From contig NC_045697.1 of NCBI RefSeq assembly GCF_009834535.1, positions 61,816,001 through 61,880,000 of the forward strand: 64,000 nt of DNA, written 5' to 3'. The notes below the pieces were generated by a model. The model saw nothing but the letters and a program-made list of their open reading frames with translations, ran no database searches and was not told the DNA's origin. Every line of letters starts with the position of its first letter. The first letter of the stretch is position 1. Of the stretch, positions 25,870 through 40,191 are shown one piece after another. The translations under genes were made by a program, and so were the position numbers. This DNA is from Camelus ferus. Lineage: Eukaryota.

Positions 25870-27290
25870 ATGCCTGGGACTCTATACGGCAAGGTAGAAA
25901 TTCTGTTAGGAGGGAGTGAGGGACTATGTAATAGCTGACACTAGCATAATTAGCCACCAATCTGGAAAAAAATGAAGCTGAAACCCAACCCCACACCATG
26001 TATATAAACAAAAAAATCTTAATACAGTAATTATCAAAGTCTAAAAAAGAAATAATAAGAAATTTTAGGATAGTATCTCAACAACCTTGAGGTAGGGAAG
26101 ACCTTCTTAAGTAAGAGAAAAAACTTAGAAGTCAGAGAGTAAATATTAAACAATTTAACCACATAAGGAATTTAGAATTTTATGTGGAAAAATATGCCAA
26201 AAAGTAAAATGAAAAAGACAAATGATGAATTTGGGGAAATATCTGCAACAACACACCAAAGACACACAGGGATTATATATTATCCCTTATATGTGAAGAA
26301 ACAAAGAAAATAAAGAAACAGAGAGAAAAAAGCCCAACAAGTCTAGAGGAATGCAAATGGCTAATAAACATGAAAAAGTGCTCCCTCTCACTAGTAACTA
26401 CTAAAATGTAATTTATATTCAAAATAGCATTTCTTCTCCACAAATAGCAATTTGTGAATGATAAAAGAGGGCTACTAAGCAGGATAAAAGGAACAGCACG
26501 CCTTCATTTTTGGTGGATATGTGGACAGGGCAATATGGCACCTAAGGACACTATAACCTTTTTTGAAGTTATTTACAATGTTTATTCAAATGAAAAGTAT
26601 GTGTTTATTTTCTCCAGATATTCCCATTTTTAAAAATCTACCCTATTAAAGATAGAAGCACTGGTACATAAGAATAGCTATTCAAGGATGCTTAATATAA
26701 TAGCACTGTTGGCAATAACAATAAAAGTGAAAAACTCATAAAAGTCTATCAGTAGGAAAGGAAATTTAGAAGATTATGTGGCCATTTGTTAAATCAACTG
26801 GTTCTGTGTCTACTGACGTAAGGGGTATCCATGACTCACTAACATGTAAGCTTTAGGACAGCAGTAAGTCATCCATCTTGCTAACCATCACATCCTTAGT
26901 GCCTAGAACAGTGCTTGGCACATAGAGATATGCAGTGACTAATTCTGAATGGATAGAGTTTTAAATAAAAAATAACTGTGAAGAATATATATTATTTCTG
27001 TTTTGTAAAAATACTAACACATGGGTATATACATACATATATTTGTATGCATACATATGTGTATTTGTATGTATATATACATACATGGATATGTATGTAT
27101 CCATAGAAATGGAGATACAAACATATATCCTTGGCTGTTAGCTTTAGTAGTCTATTTAAGGAGATGGGAGGCAGAGGGAATTATTAACTTCCCTTTATAA
27201 AGGCTTGTTTTTACTTGTTATAATAAGAGTGCATTAGCATTAGTAAGTTCTTCCTAATATAATAACAAAAAATCTAAAGGAAAAAGTCTA
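25870..27290 (+). mobile_element. Old L1 (L1M) ORF2 3' part/3'UTR, with an L2 fragment at ~26845-26955
   Basis: accttgaggtagggaagaccttcttaag; gcaaatggctaataaacatgaaaaagtgctc; L2 tail cctagaacagtgcttggcacatag. Confidence 0.75.
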
Positions 27291-28699
27291 GAAGGTTTAT
27301 TAAAGATAATTGATAAGAGATAACATAGAAAGGACAATTCAAATTATATTCTTCAGGGATCATTTTTTGCTAGTCCCCAGTGAATCTCACAGCCTTGCAT
27401 AGACTAGTTTAAACAAAGAATGATCTATACCACAGAACTGATGGACAAATGTCTGGCTACTATAAATTTACCAGGACACCTATTAAGGTAAGTAAATGAG
27501 CAAGAATATAAAAATATAGATCATCCATCCTAGATAACATACAAAGAGAGCCACCAAGGCTGTACAAATGGATCTTTGTTCCATCCATTCATCTTTGCTG
27601 TTAATTATGTGGCTGAAGGTTGGAAATGAGTTGTTGGTGTTCCACATGCTGGCAGTACTCTAGCCACTATGGAGAAAGGAAAGATAACACGCTGGGACTA
27701 CCTTAGCACAGAGAAAAGGGGTAAAGTGGGGGAGACCGTCTTGGCTGGTTATTCATTGCTTACTACAGAGATGAAAGACACATGTTTGGAAGAAAGTCAG
27801 AGAAGGAGAATAAACAGGCAACTCAGACAGTTGGAACCTCTTTTAAAAGGAGGTTGATGACACAGGTCTTAGATAAAATAGCAATTAAATGCTACTTGTC
27901 CCATAGAATATTGAATCATTTTAAGAAATACTGAAAGCAGTGCCATGTCTCCATCTCAGCAAGTATGTAGGCAGACTTTTAAGCATTTTAGAGACAATAT
28001 ATTTAGGAGTCTAATTTTTTGTTTTCTTAATGCCAAAGGGATGGAATTAATTTATTCTAATTAAAGATCTGCTCAAAAAGATCACTGCCACATTACTCCA
28101 ATAAAAAACTTCTCATAAAAACACAAATTAAAACTAAGAGTTGAAGTGTATCATTTCCTTATAATGTTTTTGATTTTATCAATAAATTAATATTGTTAAT
28201 GTCATTCATTTTTCCAAAAAGATGACATGAGGATTTATGCTACACTTTGAAACATTCTGCTTTCATCTTAGGAGGAACCCAGTTTAAGATTTGAAATATG
28301 TACGCCTGATTGTGGCTTGTAGCCAAGGTGCACCTAATTAATTGAAAGATCAAATGTGTGCTCAGTGGGAGGCACAACTACAAAACCATAGGTGGTAGCC
28401 AACAGCTCCATTTAATAAAGGTTGCACAAACAGAATGCTGTGCTGGGACTCCTGTCACCTGTGTTTGGCTCTTCTGCCATTTTGTCATTGACATGAGAAC
28501 AGTTACTGTGTCATAAAGAGATCCCAAGCTTCTCGTTCCACTGCAGCTTAACTCTCTGTGCTTTAGAACAATTCTGTAACATGCTGGAGGATGTAAAAAT
28601 CTGTTTGTTTAGTTTTTTGTTGTGGTTGCTACTGCTGAATTTATTACTGGTTTGTCCCAAGAACATAAAAACCCATGATTCTGTTAAGTAGACAGGAAC

Positions 28700-28940
28700 T
28701 GTTGATGGTTAAGGGCACACATCTTAAAGTGAGATGAATCTAGAGTCAATAATAATAAATTAGCCCTGCTAATTATAAGCTGTGTGATATTAGAGAAGTT
28801 AGCCTCTCTAAACTTCTTTTTGTTCATCTATAAAATGAGAAGAATAAGATCTACTTTATAGGTTGCTGTCCTTATAGGATAGTGTATAGAATAGTATATA
28901 GAAAGAAATTGTGTGTAGAAAGCATTCAACAAATGCTAAT
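28700..28940 (+). mobile_element. MIR SINE
   Basis: taagctgtgtgatattagagaagtt...ttcatctataaaatgagaagaataa. Confidence 0.75.
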
Positions 28941-29399
28941 GGAAAATTAGAAATGAGGCAGTAGAGAGAAGAAGAGTCATGAATTTTCTCTAGATAAAGG
29001 TTTAAGAAAGTCCAAGTATTGTAAACACATTGTTACTATGGATTAATTTCCCAAGATCATAATCCCCTAACAGTCCCAAAGGATCTATTTCTCAATTCTA
29101 AATCTTAAATGCACGGAAAGCTTTGACAGAGCTAAAAAAATAAGCAGGTTGCTTTTAAGTGATTATTCTTTCAAGTTGTTTGTTTTGGTGTACAGTTATT
29201 TTGAAACCTATTTTTATTCAATTAGGAAAAGACACAGTAATAGAAGAAACAGAAATGAGAATGTGAATTGTCATCTCCCACTGAAAACTGGTAAAAGTCT
29301 AACTGATATCAAAAAGACAACAAGATATTCTAAGAAAAAGTTACTAAAACTAAACTTGTCCTTAGTTGCCTGTCAGAGGGCACAATACTCTGCTTTGTT

Positions 29400-29600
29400 G
29401 CTCTATGTATTATGGAGTTATGATAAGAAATACCTGGGATTGAATTCTGACTCCATCAATGACTGTAACCAAGTCATTTAAACTTTCTGTGGAAGCAAAG
29501 CTATAGTAATACCTACCTCATTTGAGTGGAACAAGGAATCTGATGTTTAGTGATCCCCTTGATGATTTTTATGCACACTGAAGTTTAAAAACCACTGCTA
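29400..29600 (+). mobile_element. MIR fragment followed by a MER5-like fragment
   Basis: acctgggattgaattctgactccatc...caagtcatttaa; gatttttatgcacactgaagtttaaaaaccactg. Confidence 0.65.
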
Positions 29601-29765
29601 TAAAGTAATGCTTTTAAGAATAGCAATAAAACAGCAAATAAGATATTTCCACTACCCAAAGTAAGTGAGTTAATGTGCCTTCACTGAATCATTATCCTGG
29701 GTACACTTAGTAGCTAGATCCTTTATCATAAATGGGAGAGCTTGGCATATACAATATGCTTTATG

Positions 29766-29766
29766 G

Positions 29767-29798
<32 letters not shown>
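29766..29798 (+). repeat. (TG)n microsatellite
   Basis: Read directly, one interruption. Confidence 0.95.
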
Positions 29799-29799
<1 letters not shown>

Positions 29800-30299
29800 A
29801 TCATCAGCAAAATGAAAGAAGGAAATTGGGAGGAAAGAAAGAAAACACTCACATGATTCAAAGTGGATTTTGCCATTAAGTGTCTGTTGGCTGTAACTGC
29901 ATGATAACACTTGTGAATATGATACTAATGATGCAGTTGCCTAATAGACTCAACACAAATAATGCAGAAAATTACAAATAATGCAGACTCAATTACCACT
30001 GAATGCAGGCAAAAGACAATTGAAGATGTAACACACTTCATTCTACGTTATCCCTATTCCTTCCACTCAGTTAAGATAGGCCTAAAGCTAGAGAAATTCC
30101 CTTTCCCAATTATTTTCCAGGTCCTCTCAAAGGCATACTTCTCCCCCAGGTTCTTTGACTCATCCCAATATTAGGGCCAGTAGCTATTTGTATAATGTTT
30201 ATATAGCCTAATCTCTACTGTAAAGGAGACAAAGACAGCCATACTGGTTTTGGAGAAGGAAATTAAGCTGTTTTGCATGACTTCTACAGGTGAGGTTCA

Positions 30300-31030
30300 A
30301 TATTAGGAGTTTTTCATACATATTATCTCAGTTTATCTTTATGATTACTCTATAAGGTACATATTATCATCTCCATTTAAGGACAGGAAGCTGGAAGCTC
30401 AAAGAGTTCACTGAACAAGTTAATGTAGGCTGGTAAAAGACTTGAGATTCAAACCAGATTTGTCTGATTTCTAAAATTCATGCATTTTTGACTACTAGGA
30501 ATAAAGCCAGGCCTATTAAAATACATAGAGTTCTTAGTTTCAAGAAACAAAATCAAACTTGTCAGACAAAGAATTTACTAAAAGACAATTGGGCAGTTCA
30601 CAGAGTCCAGGAAGGATGGAGAACTACAGTGGAATTTCCCAGATGGGCAGTGCTCCATCATATCACAGAACTCGGCCAGTAAGGGAACAGTCATCCTGGG
30701 GCTGGCATGGACTCTAGATGCTAGAGATGAGATTACTGCCATTGGTGCCCTGGGAACTCAGGCTTGTTGCTGTCACCATTACTCCCAAAGGGCATTCCTC
30801 ACAAGCCCTGCTTCTCTGTATGACTAAACTCCCACTTACTTAGGTCTTGTTTTACATATTGTATCATTTAATGTATTTTGTATGCATTAATGCATCTATT
30901 CCTCACAAGGGCTTTATAAGGGTACACTTTCATTATCCTCAATTTCCAGACAAAGAACTGAGGCTCAGATAGGTTAAGTGACTTGCCTGGGATCACAAAG
31001 CCAGTAGGTAGTAGAGCCACTTAACTCCCA
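30300..31030 (-). mobile_element. Two MIR fragments (~30300-30490, ~30860-31030) flanking a probable LTR remnant
   Basis: attatctcagtttatc...gattcaaaccaga; gaactgaggctcagataggttaagtgacttgcctgggatcaca. Confidence 0.7.
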
Positions 31031-31649
31031 TTTGTTACTGACACTTTTTAGTTAAAGGGCCATAGTTTTCAAATCACAAAAACCTGAGTTCACATCCTGG
31101 CTGTTCAAATCCCTACTCTGAGGGGGAAAAAAATCTGGCACTATGCATCTAAGTGGTGGAGACTAAGACATGTAGTTATGCCGTAGGTTTGAGAGAGGCC
31201 GTGAGAGCTAGTACCTGGCATTTTCAGTTTTTTGGGGGGGAGCCTGGCTCTGCCTCTCAACTATGCTCTTGGAAATCACAAACATAGAGAGTGGACTCAG
31301 ATGTGTACAACTGAAAAAAATGGCAAATGTCTAAGAAAATCTATCTTTTGGTTGCTCAACAAGAATATATACTCTTCTTTCCATAAAATTTTTCCCTCTA
31401 ACATATTACAATTCTTATATAACCGAAAAATACACTCATCAGCAATCCACACCAAAATTATCAATCACTGTATCCAGTAAGTCCAGAATCACTGGATGAT
31501 ATCTACTCCTCATCTTGGTTTATTTGGTCTTATTATTCTATTAACCCATGGGCTTGACTGTATAGTTAGCCACTACCAACATGGTCTTTATAGAAGATTA
31601 GAAGAAAAGGAGTGAAAATGATAGAAAATTTGTTACTAGAAAAATATGC

Positions 31650-32045
31650 CATGTAAGCCATGATAGACTAGGTTATACTACAGCAATAAACAACCCCAAA
31701 ACCTTAGTGGTTCTAATAATAAAGATGTGTTTTTTACTCCCACTACATGTTTATTGTGCATTAGCTGCAACTCTCTCCCCACAGTCTGTGCTCTGAAATC
31801 CATGTTGGTGGGGCAACCTCTAACTAATACTGCTGATCTAATGGCCAAAGGAAAAGAGGATACAGAGGACCATTCACTGGCTTAAATTTCTGCTAGTAGT
31901 AATTCACATCACTTCTGCTCACTTTTACTGGCCAAAGATATTAAGATAGTAAGTTTGAAGTTAGCGGAGTAGAGAAATATAATATAGTTTCTCTCCTTAG
32001 AGAGAAATAGCAAGTATTGGAGAACAATAATACAATCCACCATAC
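31650..32045 (-). mobile_element. MLT1-type MaLR/ERVL LTR
   Basis: actaggttatactacagcaataaacaaccccaaaaccttagtgg...catcacttctgctcacttttactggccaaag. Confidence 0.8.
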
Positions 32046-32049
32046 CTAC

Positions 32050-33248
32050 AATTTTAAATCCTAGTCACAACAAGGAAAATGAGACAGATGTTTCTCCATA
32101 AGGTCCTAAGGCCATAGCTTATTTTTATAGCTTCTTTGTCCCACTTCCCATTCTGTCATTGCTTTGCCCACAACCAGCACTTCAGATTGTTGGGATTCTT
32201 CACCTGCTAGGCTTTACATGACAATAATGAGAGGAACACAAAGTGAAGTGTGGGTTCCCTCCATTCTTCCCTTACTCTCTTTGGGCAGCTTCAACCTTGA
32301 CAATCAAAATCAATCATCATGGTCAACACTATGCCCCTTTTCTATTTATCTAATGTCTTTGCTTCCAAATTATTGGAATCACAGTAGTAACCCCAAGGGG
32401 AAAGATTCCCTGTGTGGGTCAAAAATCTCTAAACCAACAAAATCCAGAGTCACAGGGACAATCAGGAAATTTTTTATAAATGGATCAATAGGCATGACAG
32501 AACAATGCACCCACTCTCTTTTCCTCCGTGTGTCTAGATCTGGATATTTTAGTTACTGAAGAGACAATTCTGTGTATTGGTCACTGATTTAGTGAACAAA
32601 ACACAATTTTAGAACGTACCTTAAACTTATAAGATGCTGTCTCCTAGATAGTGCTGTAACTATATCTCCAGTAGTCTATTTCATGGTTCTGGATGATGGG
32701 GGAACATACTAAGACTATGAATAGCATAGGCATTAGCCTACTGTCTTACATCTTTCATTGTGAATGATTACTTACTGAAAAGAACATGGCTTTGTTCTTT
32801 CACTATGATGGAGTTCCCTGGTGAGAAACAGTTTTGATTGTAGTAATACTGTATAAAGTATTAAGGAATTCTGTGGATGTTGGAAGAACATGTCAGAATA
32901 AGGAAGAAAAATTTAAATCCACAATATGTATCAAAGAGACCTATCACCTCCCCTTACTGATAATAGGACCACCTGGGACATGCCTTATCAGGGACTCAGA
33001 ATTTAACTCTAACATAGCAGTAAGAGAAGCCAGGTCAGATTTTATGAAGGGCAATCAATCTTGTTTATTTCATGCATAGCCACCATCCTCTTCATTCATG
33101 GGAACTTTTTTCAAAAGCTCATTAATAAAGTACATCAGAGTAGCTTGGAAAGAAGTCTGCAAACAGGCACAGGGTTAATCATCTTGTTCTGATTAAGAGC
33201 CTTCTTTTCAATGAGGTCTGTTTATCAGCATTCACAAGGAAGATAGAT

Positions 33249-33297
<49 letters not shown>

Positions 33298-34400
33298 CGA
33301 TCGATCGATCGGCAGGCAGGCAGATAATTATGAACTGATTGCAAGAGATTCGTCTGTGTATTCTTTCAAACCTCCTTGTCACAAATCCTCCAATCGCATT
33401 CCTTCCAAACCTCTGATCATCTAGCCCAATCATTTGCCACTATGAATAGATATACATACTTATCTCAGGCTATCTTCCCTTTTAGATGAATTAGATAATG
33501 GTGTACACTATTAAATTCTGTTCCCTGAAAATTTTTTTCATTGTCTTTCAAAGCCACCACTGTATGAGAATATCACAACAGTACACATAATTGGTGCCCA
33601 CATATTGATTAAAGTCATCCATAAAATATACTCAAAATATTTTCTTCCTCAACCAACAGATCATAGGGAACTCACAATGATGCTATAAACACAGATTGAG
33701 AAAAAGTAGGTAAGTGACCTAACAAACGCACTGGAAGTGTAATAAACCGATCGTGCATCTTGCTTTACCTTCACTACCTACTCAGGCCCCATCCCATATA
33801 TCTCACTTCAACTGATGAAAAATTTATTGCTGGGCATCCTAAATGTATGGTTTGTGGTTCAGATAACACGTAGTTCAAACTGGGCAACTTGGGTGGCTTG
33901 GTTGGTCAACTTGTGTCTCTGGTCAGACTTTACTCTCTGTCAGGGTCCATTAAAAGGCAAGATGTCTTTCTTAAAGAAAAAGTTAATTACTGAAAACAGC
34001 ATGACTTTTCTCCAAAGCCCTAGGTATTTTCGCTCTGATTTCCCCATATGCCATCAGCCCCAATGAACATTTTAATTTGTTTCAGATACTTTGACCACTA
34101 CTGACTGGATCCACCAACTAGTAAGAGTTGAGAGAGTTGCTAATACTAGTTTAGATCAGCTACAGAAGCACCTTTTGCTCTAGACACCACAAAAATCTAG
34201 CAGCTTTTGTAAATGAGTCATATGTAGCATATACTGTTTCCAAAATGCAAAGAAGCCCTTGAAGCATTATCTCTATCTTACTGACAGAGGGAAAAAAAAG
34301 TCTAGCAACTTGTCTTTCCAATTTTGAGATATTTCCAGGCATTTCACAGACCACTAGAACTTCGGAAATTTCACTGAAGTTGTAGACCCCTGTATTGGGG
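32050..34400 (-). mobile_element. Decayed ERVL/MLT-int internal region (pol: RNase H/integrase-region remnants)
   Basis: Minus-strand 33440-33340 reads VANDWAR*SEVWKECDWRICDKEV*, matching recalled ERVL Pol VANGLAGWSGTWK.HDWKIGDKEIW; multiple stops; boundaries approximate. Confidence 0.8.
33241..33325 (+). repeat. Compound microsatellite (GATA)n(GATC)n(GGCA)n
   Basis: Read directly. Confidence 0.95.
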
Positions 34401-35719
34401 GAGATTTACTTCCTCCTCTTGAGCAATTATGCATCTTCCCAAAGGAAGCATCATGCCATCAATACAGTACACCAACATGATTTCCTGTGGAATGTGGGAT
34501 AATGAAAGTTCCTGCAAACAAAAGTGTGGTACAGAACTGGAGAGCTGATATAACTCTTAAGCAAAGGTGACCAGGCACATAGTTATCCTTACCAAATAAA
34601 AGCAGACCTCTTCAGAGTACTGACTGTGTATTGAGATAGAGAAAACAATCCAGTTAAAAACTTCCAACTCAAGCCATCCCCTCATGCAGGTCAGATACCT
34701 GATGCAAGGCACCTAAAATGGGGAGGGAAATGTCTGCTCTTTCACTTCTGTAACTCTACCACGCCTCAGAAGACAGATGGAAACACAACTTCTAAAATTC
34801 TTTCTTCCTCTCCTAGGTCTAATCTCAACACATGGCTGGGAGCAAAGAGAAAGGATGACTGTAAAACGCAACAGCTCCCTTACTTAATTCCCTGTAGTTA
34901 CAATTCTTTTCTTGTTGTCACAACTCCCCTTAGTCTAGACCTACACATGGTAGGCATCCAGATGCTGGCTCACCTGTGGGACACATATATACATTCTCCA
35001 AAGAATCAAACCTAGTGTGAGAGACCAGGGTCCAGCTCAATCTCTCCCACTCGATCTCAACATCCATTCATGATACACCCCACCCTCACTTGCTGCTGGG
35101 CTCCCTCAAATATAGTACAAGTGGTTCAAGCTCAGCTATCTCCCTTGTCACTTACTTAATACATGAGAAACTAGAGTATCTTTGCACCACCAAATTTGGG
35201 GAATGCAGTCCTCCTCAAAGGGCCTATGAGAACCTTGCCAAGTCCCTTAATGTAAGTATCCTCAGACTCTGCAAGTGATTCTCCTGAAGACTCCCTTCAC
35301 TTGGCTTTGGACAAAGGTAAGCACCCCATCATGTTCTCACAGTGCAAACACCATTCCAAGGCTAATCATGAAGCTTCTTTTTCCCCTCCTAAATCTTTTC
35401 ATGTGAGCTGAGAATGAGGTGATTGGATGGTAGCTCACAGTAATTCTAGCCCTGAGCAAAAGGCCCTGTAGACATAAATCTTGCCCCAAATGTGGTGGAT
35501 TTTTTTTCCAATGTGGAATATTTAATACCTGTAATTTTCATCTATGAATACTAATGCAAATTCCTGAGCAACAGGAAAAACTCTTCTGTAGATAAAGATA
35601 GACAGACAGAAGAAAGAACTGTAAAGATTTCATTGCAAAATGGTGGATAACTCCAACAAAACACTTAGATGAAAGTTAAAATGTAATCATTTAGATTTTT
35701 ATTGCAGTATTTTTAGCAT

Positions 35720-35900
35720 TACACTACTAATAACCAGAATTTAATTTGTTCCAGACAACATTCTAACCTCCTTAGATACATAATTTCACTCCCACCAATT
35801 AAAAGCCATTAACTTTACTAACTCCATTTTACAGATGAGGAAATTGAGACTTAAAGGAATTAATTTGCCAAGGACAGACATCTCTTCTTAACACCAAATC
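35720..35900 (-). mobile_element. MIR SINE fragment
   Basis: ccattttacagatgaggaaattgagac. Confidence 0.75.
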
Positions 35901-38900
35901 ACTACACAGTATCTGAATCACTCCATTATACTATCTGCCAATTATCTCTTCCTAATAATTCTCTTACTTGTCTACTAATGGCAATATTTTTAACTTTAAA
36001 ATGCCACAGAAGCACCAGGAGCAGGATTCCCAGCAATGCCCAAATACTTTGCTTACATATTACATTGTTCCATAGTTTGGATTAAGTTTTTTTCTTCTCT
36101 ATTCCTAAACAAAAATACACATATCTACATAATGTATGTAATAAGAAAGAACTGCGAAGTTTTGTTACACAGGCTTATTTTGGACATATTTTCTTCCTCT
36201 TTATTTTCACGTGTTAATAAATCTGACCATGCTGATGCAATTGCCTCTCTCTACTAAAGGGAGAGAGGGGAGAGAAGAGAAATGAAGAGTCTTTGGATCC
36301 AGAAGTCCTATTGTCTTCTTAACCAATAGTCTGAGGCTGAACGCTGAATAAACTTGACTTGATTTCCCTGGAGTCATCATCTTTCCCCACAGCCTTCCTG
36401 GGTGAGAGAAGACGATGGCAGCGGCAAATTCAATGACATGACACTTGGCACACATTCCGAAACTCTTTGATTGCCCAAGGGCATACAGCATGGCCTTGAA
36501 TAAATGCAGATTAAACTAAGGACTGTACTTTCTTAGCTTCTTGCCAAAATTTGCTGTCTTTTGAAAAAGATTGTAAATGTAGGAACCTGCAGTCCCTATT
36601 ACCATTAAATCTTCCACAAAGAGCACCTTTAACTGGAAGGCTTGCTGAGGATTTCATTTTAATACTCTGGTTGCCAGTTTTGAAGGAGGAGAGAGGAAAA
36701 GTAGAATTGGAAATTCATGAAGGAATTCTGATTGGGGAAAGAAGGAGAAGAGGGGGAGGAGAAACAATGACTAATGACATAATTAATATACTTCAGCCTT
36801 TGTTTACTCTAGTGAAGATTCTGTGTTCTCTATTGTTCATCTTGGGGCATAATTTTAATTAAATGAGGCATAATATTTAACTATAGTAAGGGCTGCAATG
36901 AGCATAATCCTGCCCCTAAAGTTCACACAGTGCAGGCAGCTGGGTACTACTTTAAAAGTCATCAAAAATGTGGAGAATAAAATACTTAAAACCATCTATT
37001 TTGTTGATTCAAGCTTATTCAACCTTTTGCTAGTGGGAGCTTTTACTGTACACTTGAGTTGCTTGCTTGATAGTATTTGCCTCCAGTGAAATCCTGTTTA
37101 GGAACTCATATTCTTTTATATGCTGAGATCCAAACTGTTTTGAACAGGGCTAGCTTCATTAAAATGATTTCTTACCGTCACATGGTGACCTAAATGACAA
37201 TTGACTTTTGCCTTCCATTAGCAGAATGCATTCAGATTTCATTTTCATGTATGAATGCAATTCATGCTTCACATCATGTTATTTTAAACAATACCACAAC
37301 GTGGATTCATGAACAGTGCTTTAAAATCTATTTCCAGTGTTGTTATCTTTTAAAGGATAAACTATAACGAGTCCTTTGCCCTTATACATTCTAATTCTCT
37401 GAAAATGCATCACAGCATTTAAAAATGATTAGCCTTATACACTCTTAGTGCACCAAAAGCTTCTACTGGAATGTGCTATAATCAGAAACAAAAGCTTTCT
37501 CCCTCTCTCCTACTGCCAGGCATTATACAACACACAGAAGCAAGAATTGAACTGGCATAAAAATGGCTTTCAAACACTGATTAAATAGCAGCAAATCCTT
37601 ACAATTATTTCCTACTATTGCTATACATTTTGGTTTATCCTATCTCCTACTAGTTAATAACAATAAACCACTCTTATCAGCCAGATAGTGACTCTAAGAT
37701 TAGTCTGAAGTTTTACCTCAATGATAGAAAGAGAAGATGGATTTTGGAAATAAATAAGAAACATGCCTTGATTCTCCAGATCCTTCATTTCTCCCATGAT
37801 TTTTCAGTTCAGATTTTATTTTTTCACAATTTTGGGACAGATCATATTGCTGCTACTGAACTCTTGGTGAATACAAAAAGCCCACAATGGGTGTTTATTT
37901 GATCTAACACATGATTAATATGGTGAATTGCATGCAGTCTCAACCTTTTAAATCTCTCTGAAGAATTACATTTCTGTCCACAGGCATGTCACTGTTAAAA
38001 AATGAGCCGCCTAATAAAAGAACACACAGTATATTAATATGTAATTTCTTTCCCAGTATGAATGCTAATTACTGACAGTGCAGACCTTATGCTTGCTCTT
38101 TGATATGGATCGACTTTCTTGCTCTCTTGGTTTGTGTCATCGCTCTTTCTACTCTCATTCACACACATTTTCATTTTAAAGGCTCCTGAAGATAGGCAGG
38201 GGGCCTATTTAGTATTTTTCTAGATCTAACACAATCTAGCTTGAAAACCTGTAAAAGGGTGAGGGGGTGAGTGTATTCTAATGTACTTCCAGAAATTAAT
38301 TTGGTTTGCATGAAAAGAAATGTCATTATGTTAAATAATTCCCCTCTTGAAAGTACTTTCTCAGTTGCTTTCTGGCAGTCTTATTAACCTGTAAAGATAA
38401 TTCAGTTACCTAGCTTTTTTTTTTCTTATTAGCTTCCAATTGAGGAAGCGTTATGTAAATGTGGGATTTCTACAAATTACAGGAGCTTCAAATGTTTGTT
38501 CCAATAGTCTTATTTTTGTTTTAAATATCAGCGTCTGGTAGGAAGGAATGATTCTCACAAGAGAAATATACAGTCTTCATCATTTGACCCACCCTTAGAT
38601 CTCTCTTTCTTTCATCAAGCCCTTATGTTTATTCCACAGCCCATTTCCAACAAATTCTCTTAGTTCATCTGGGAAAGCTTTTAATAACACAATAAATCTC
38701 AAAAGGCAAACTTTTGGCCACTTATTAGCCCTTAAAACTATTTGATATCAAAAATATATCCAATGCTCTTTGAGAACTTACTTCTTTAGAATTGTGATAA
38801 AATTAATCTTACTTCTCCGGTGCCTGGCATAGTGTCTGAGACACACAGAAAGCCCTAGTTATCTTGGTTTCCATCTCATCCAGCACTGAACTTTGAACTA

Positions 38901-40089
38901 TTCAGAAATACTTTTGACCAAGTATATGACCATCAATTTAATGAACACTCAAGTTAAACCAGCTGTCTACCGGAAGTGGTTTAAAAACCAAACTTTATAC
39001 TGCTTTGACTAACATGTACTTTGGTGCCAGAGAATGAAGCCGACCTCATCTATTTCTAAGATTGAGAAAAGTGGCAAATATAACACCTTGACATTTATAA
39101 TTAAAATTTTAAGCTAATGGGATCAGAGTTCAGCAAATTGTATCAGAGTTTTCTTTAAGGGTCAGAAAAAGGAGAAAATCTATTATGAGGATGACTACAT
39201 TTTAAGCAGTATCAGTGAAAAATAAAAAGACACAACACGATGCCTGGAAGCAGAGAAGCCATCCACAGTGCCTGTGTCAAGACCCAACAGCAATGCCTGA
39301 CAAACAATCATACATTGAGAATGGAAGAAAAACCAAGTGTGGAAACTAAAGAAACTTGCCTTTGAGTAATTTCACTTTCCAAATAAGCAGATAAGGAGTT
39401 AAGCCCCAGAAAATGGCCATAGCAAGAGATAACCAAAGTCACGTATTAAGTTACTTTTCACAATTTGTTTAGCTGTGCCCAAGGTCCTCCACCCACAGTG
39501 CACAGACAATATACCCAGAATCCAAGACACTTGTCTGACACATAGTAAATGCATGTAAAGATCTGTTGCTGAATGAATGTGCCTGTCTGTTCTTAAGTAA
39601 CTAAACTTGTACATGTTATCTGATAGCTTAGATAATGCACAAACTTCAGCCCTCAGAATATTAAAGGCTTAGCCTTACCTTACCCTGATTACAAACTGTG
39701 ATAAGAAAGAACTCAAATGTAAAAACAACCTACCAGAAGTTAACAGGCTGGTTTCAGAGTTGGTTATTCATTGGTTTTTTTTTGTTTGTTTGTTTCTTTT
39801 TTTTTTTTTTAATATTCTCAGGCAATAGTTCAACTTCCAAGGGATCTCTTAGTCTCCAAGCTTTCTGGGCCTCTGTGTTCTTGTTTTTCCTGTGAGGATT
39901 GATTGTGATGATTTCCTGGGACCCTGTAGGGCCGTACTGCTGTCTAGGACTGCTGCCAGACTTATTTCCACTGGGTCCTATAATAACTACTCCTTTCTTC
40001 TCATTCTTAGAAATTCCCTGAGTGATTCTTTTCCTTGAAACTCAAAGTTCACAATCAACATACATACGGAAAGCTTTATTTCCATATTA

Positions 40090-40191
40090 GAAGGAAGGAA
40101 GGAAGGAGAGAGAGAGGAAGGAAGGAAGGAAGGAAGAAAGGAAGGAAGGAAGGAAAGAAGAAAGAAAGGGAGAAAGGAAGGAGGAAGGAAA
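40090..40191 (+). repeat. (GGAA)n purine-rich simple repeat
   Basis: ~100 nt of only G and A. Confidence 0.95.

Noticed and set aside
36207..36491. 94-aa minus-strand ORF as a coding exon
   Set aside because: Weak AAG acceptor, no clear donor and no recognisable homology; kept only as part of the unique block.
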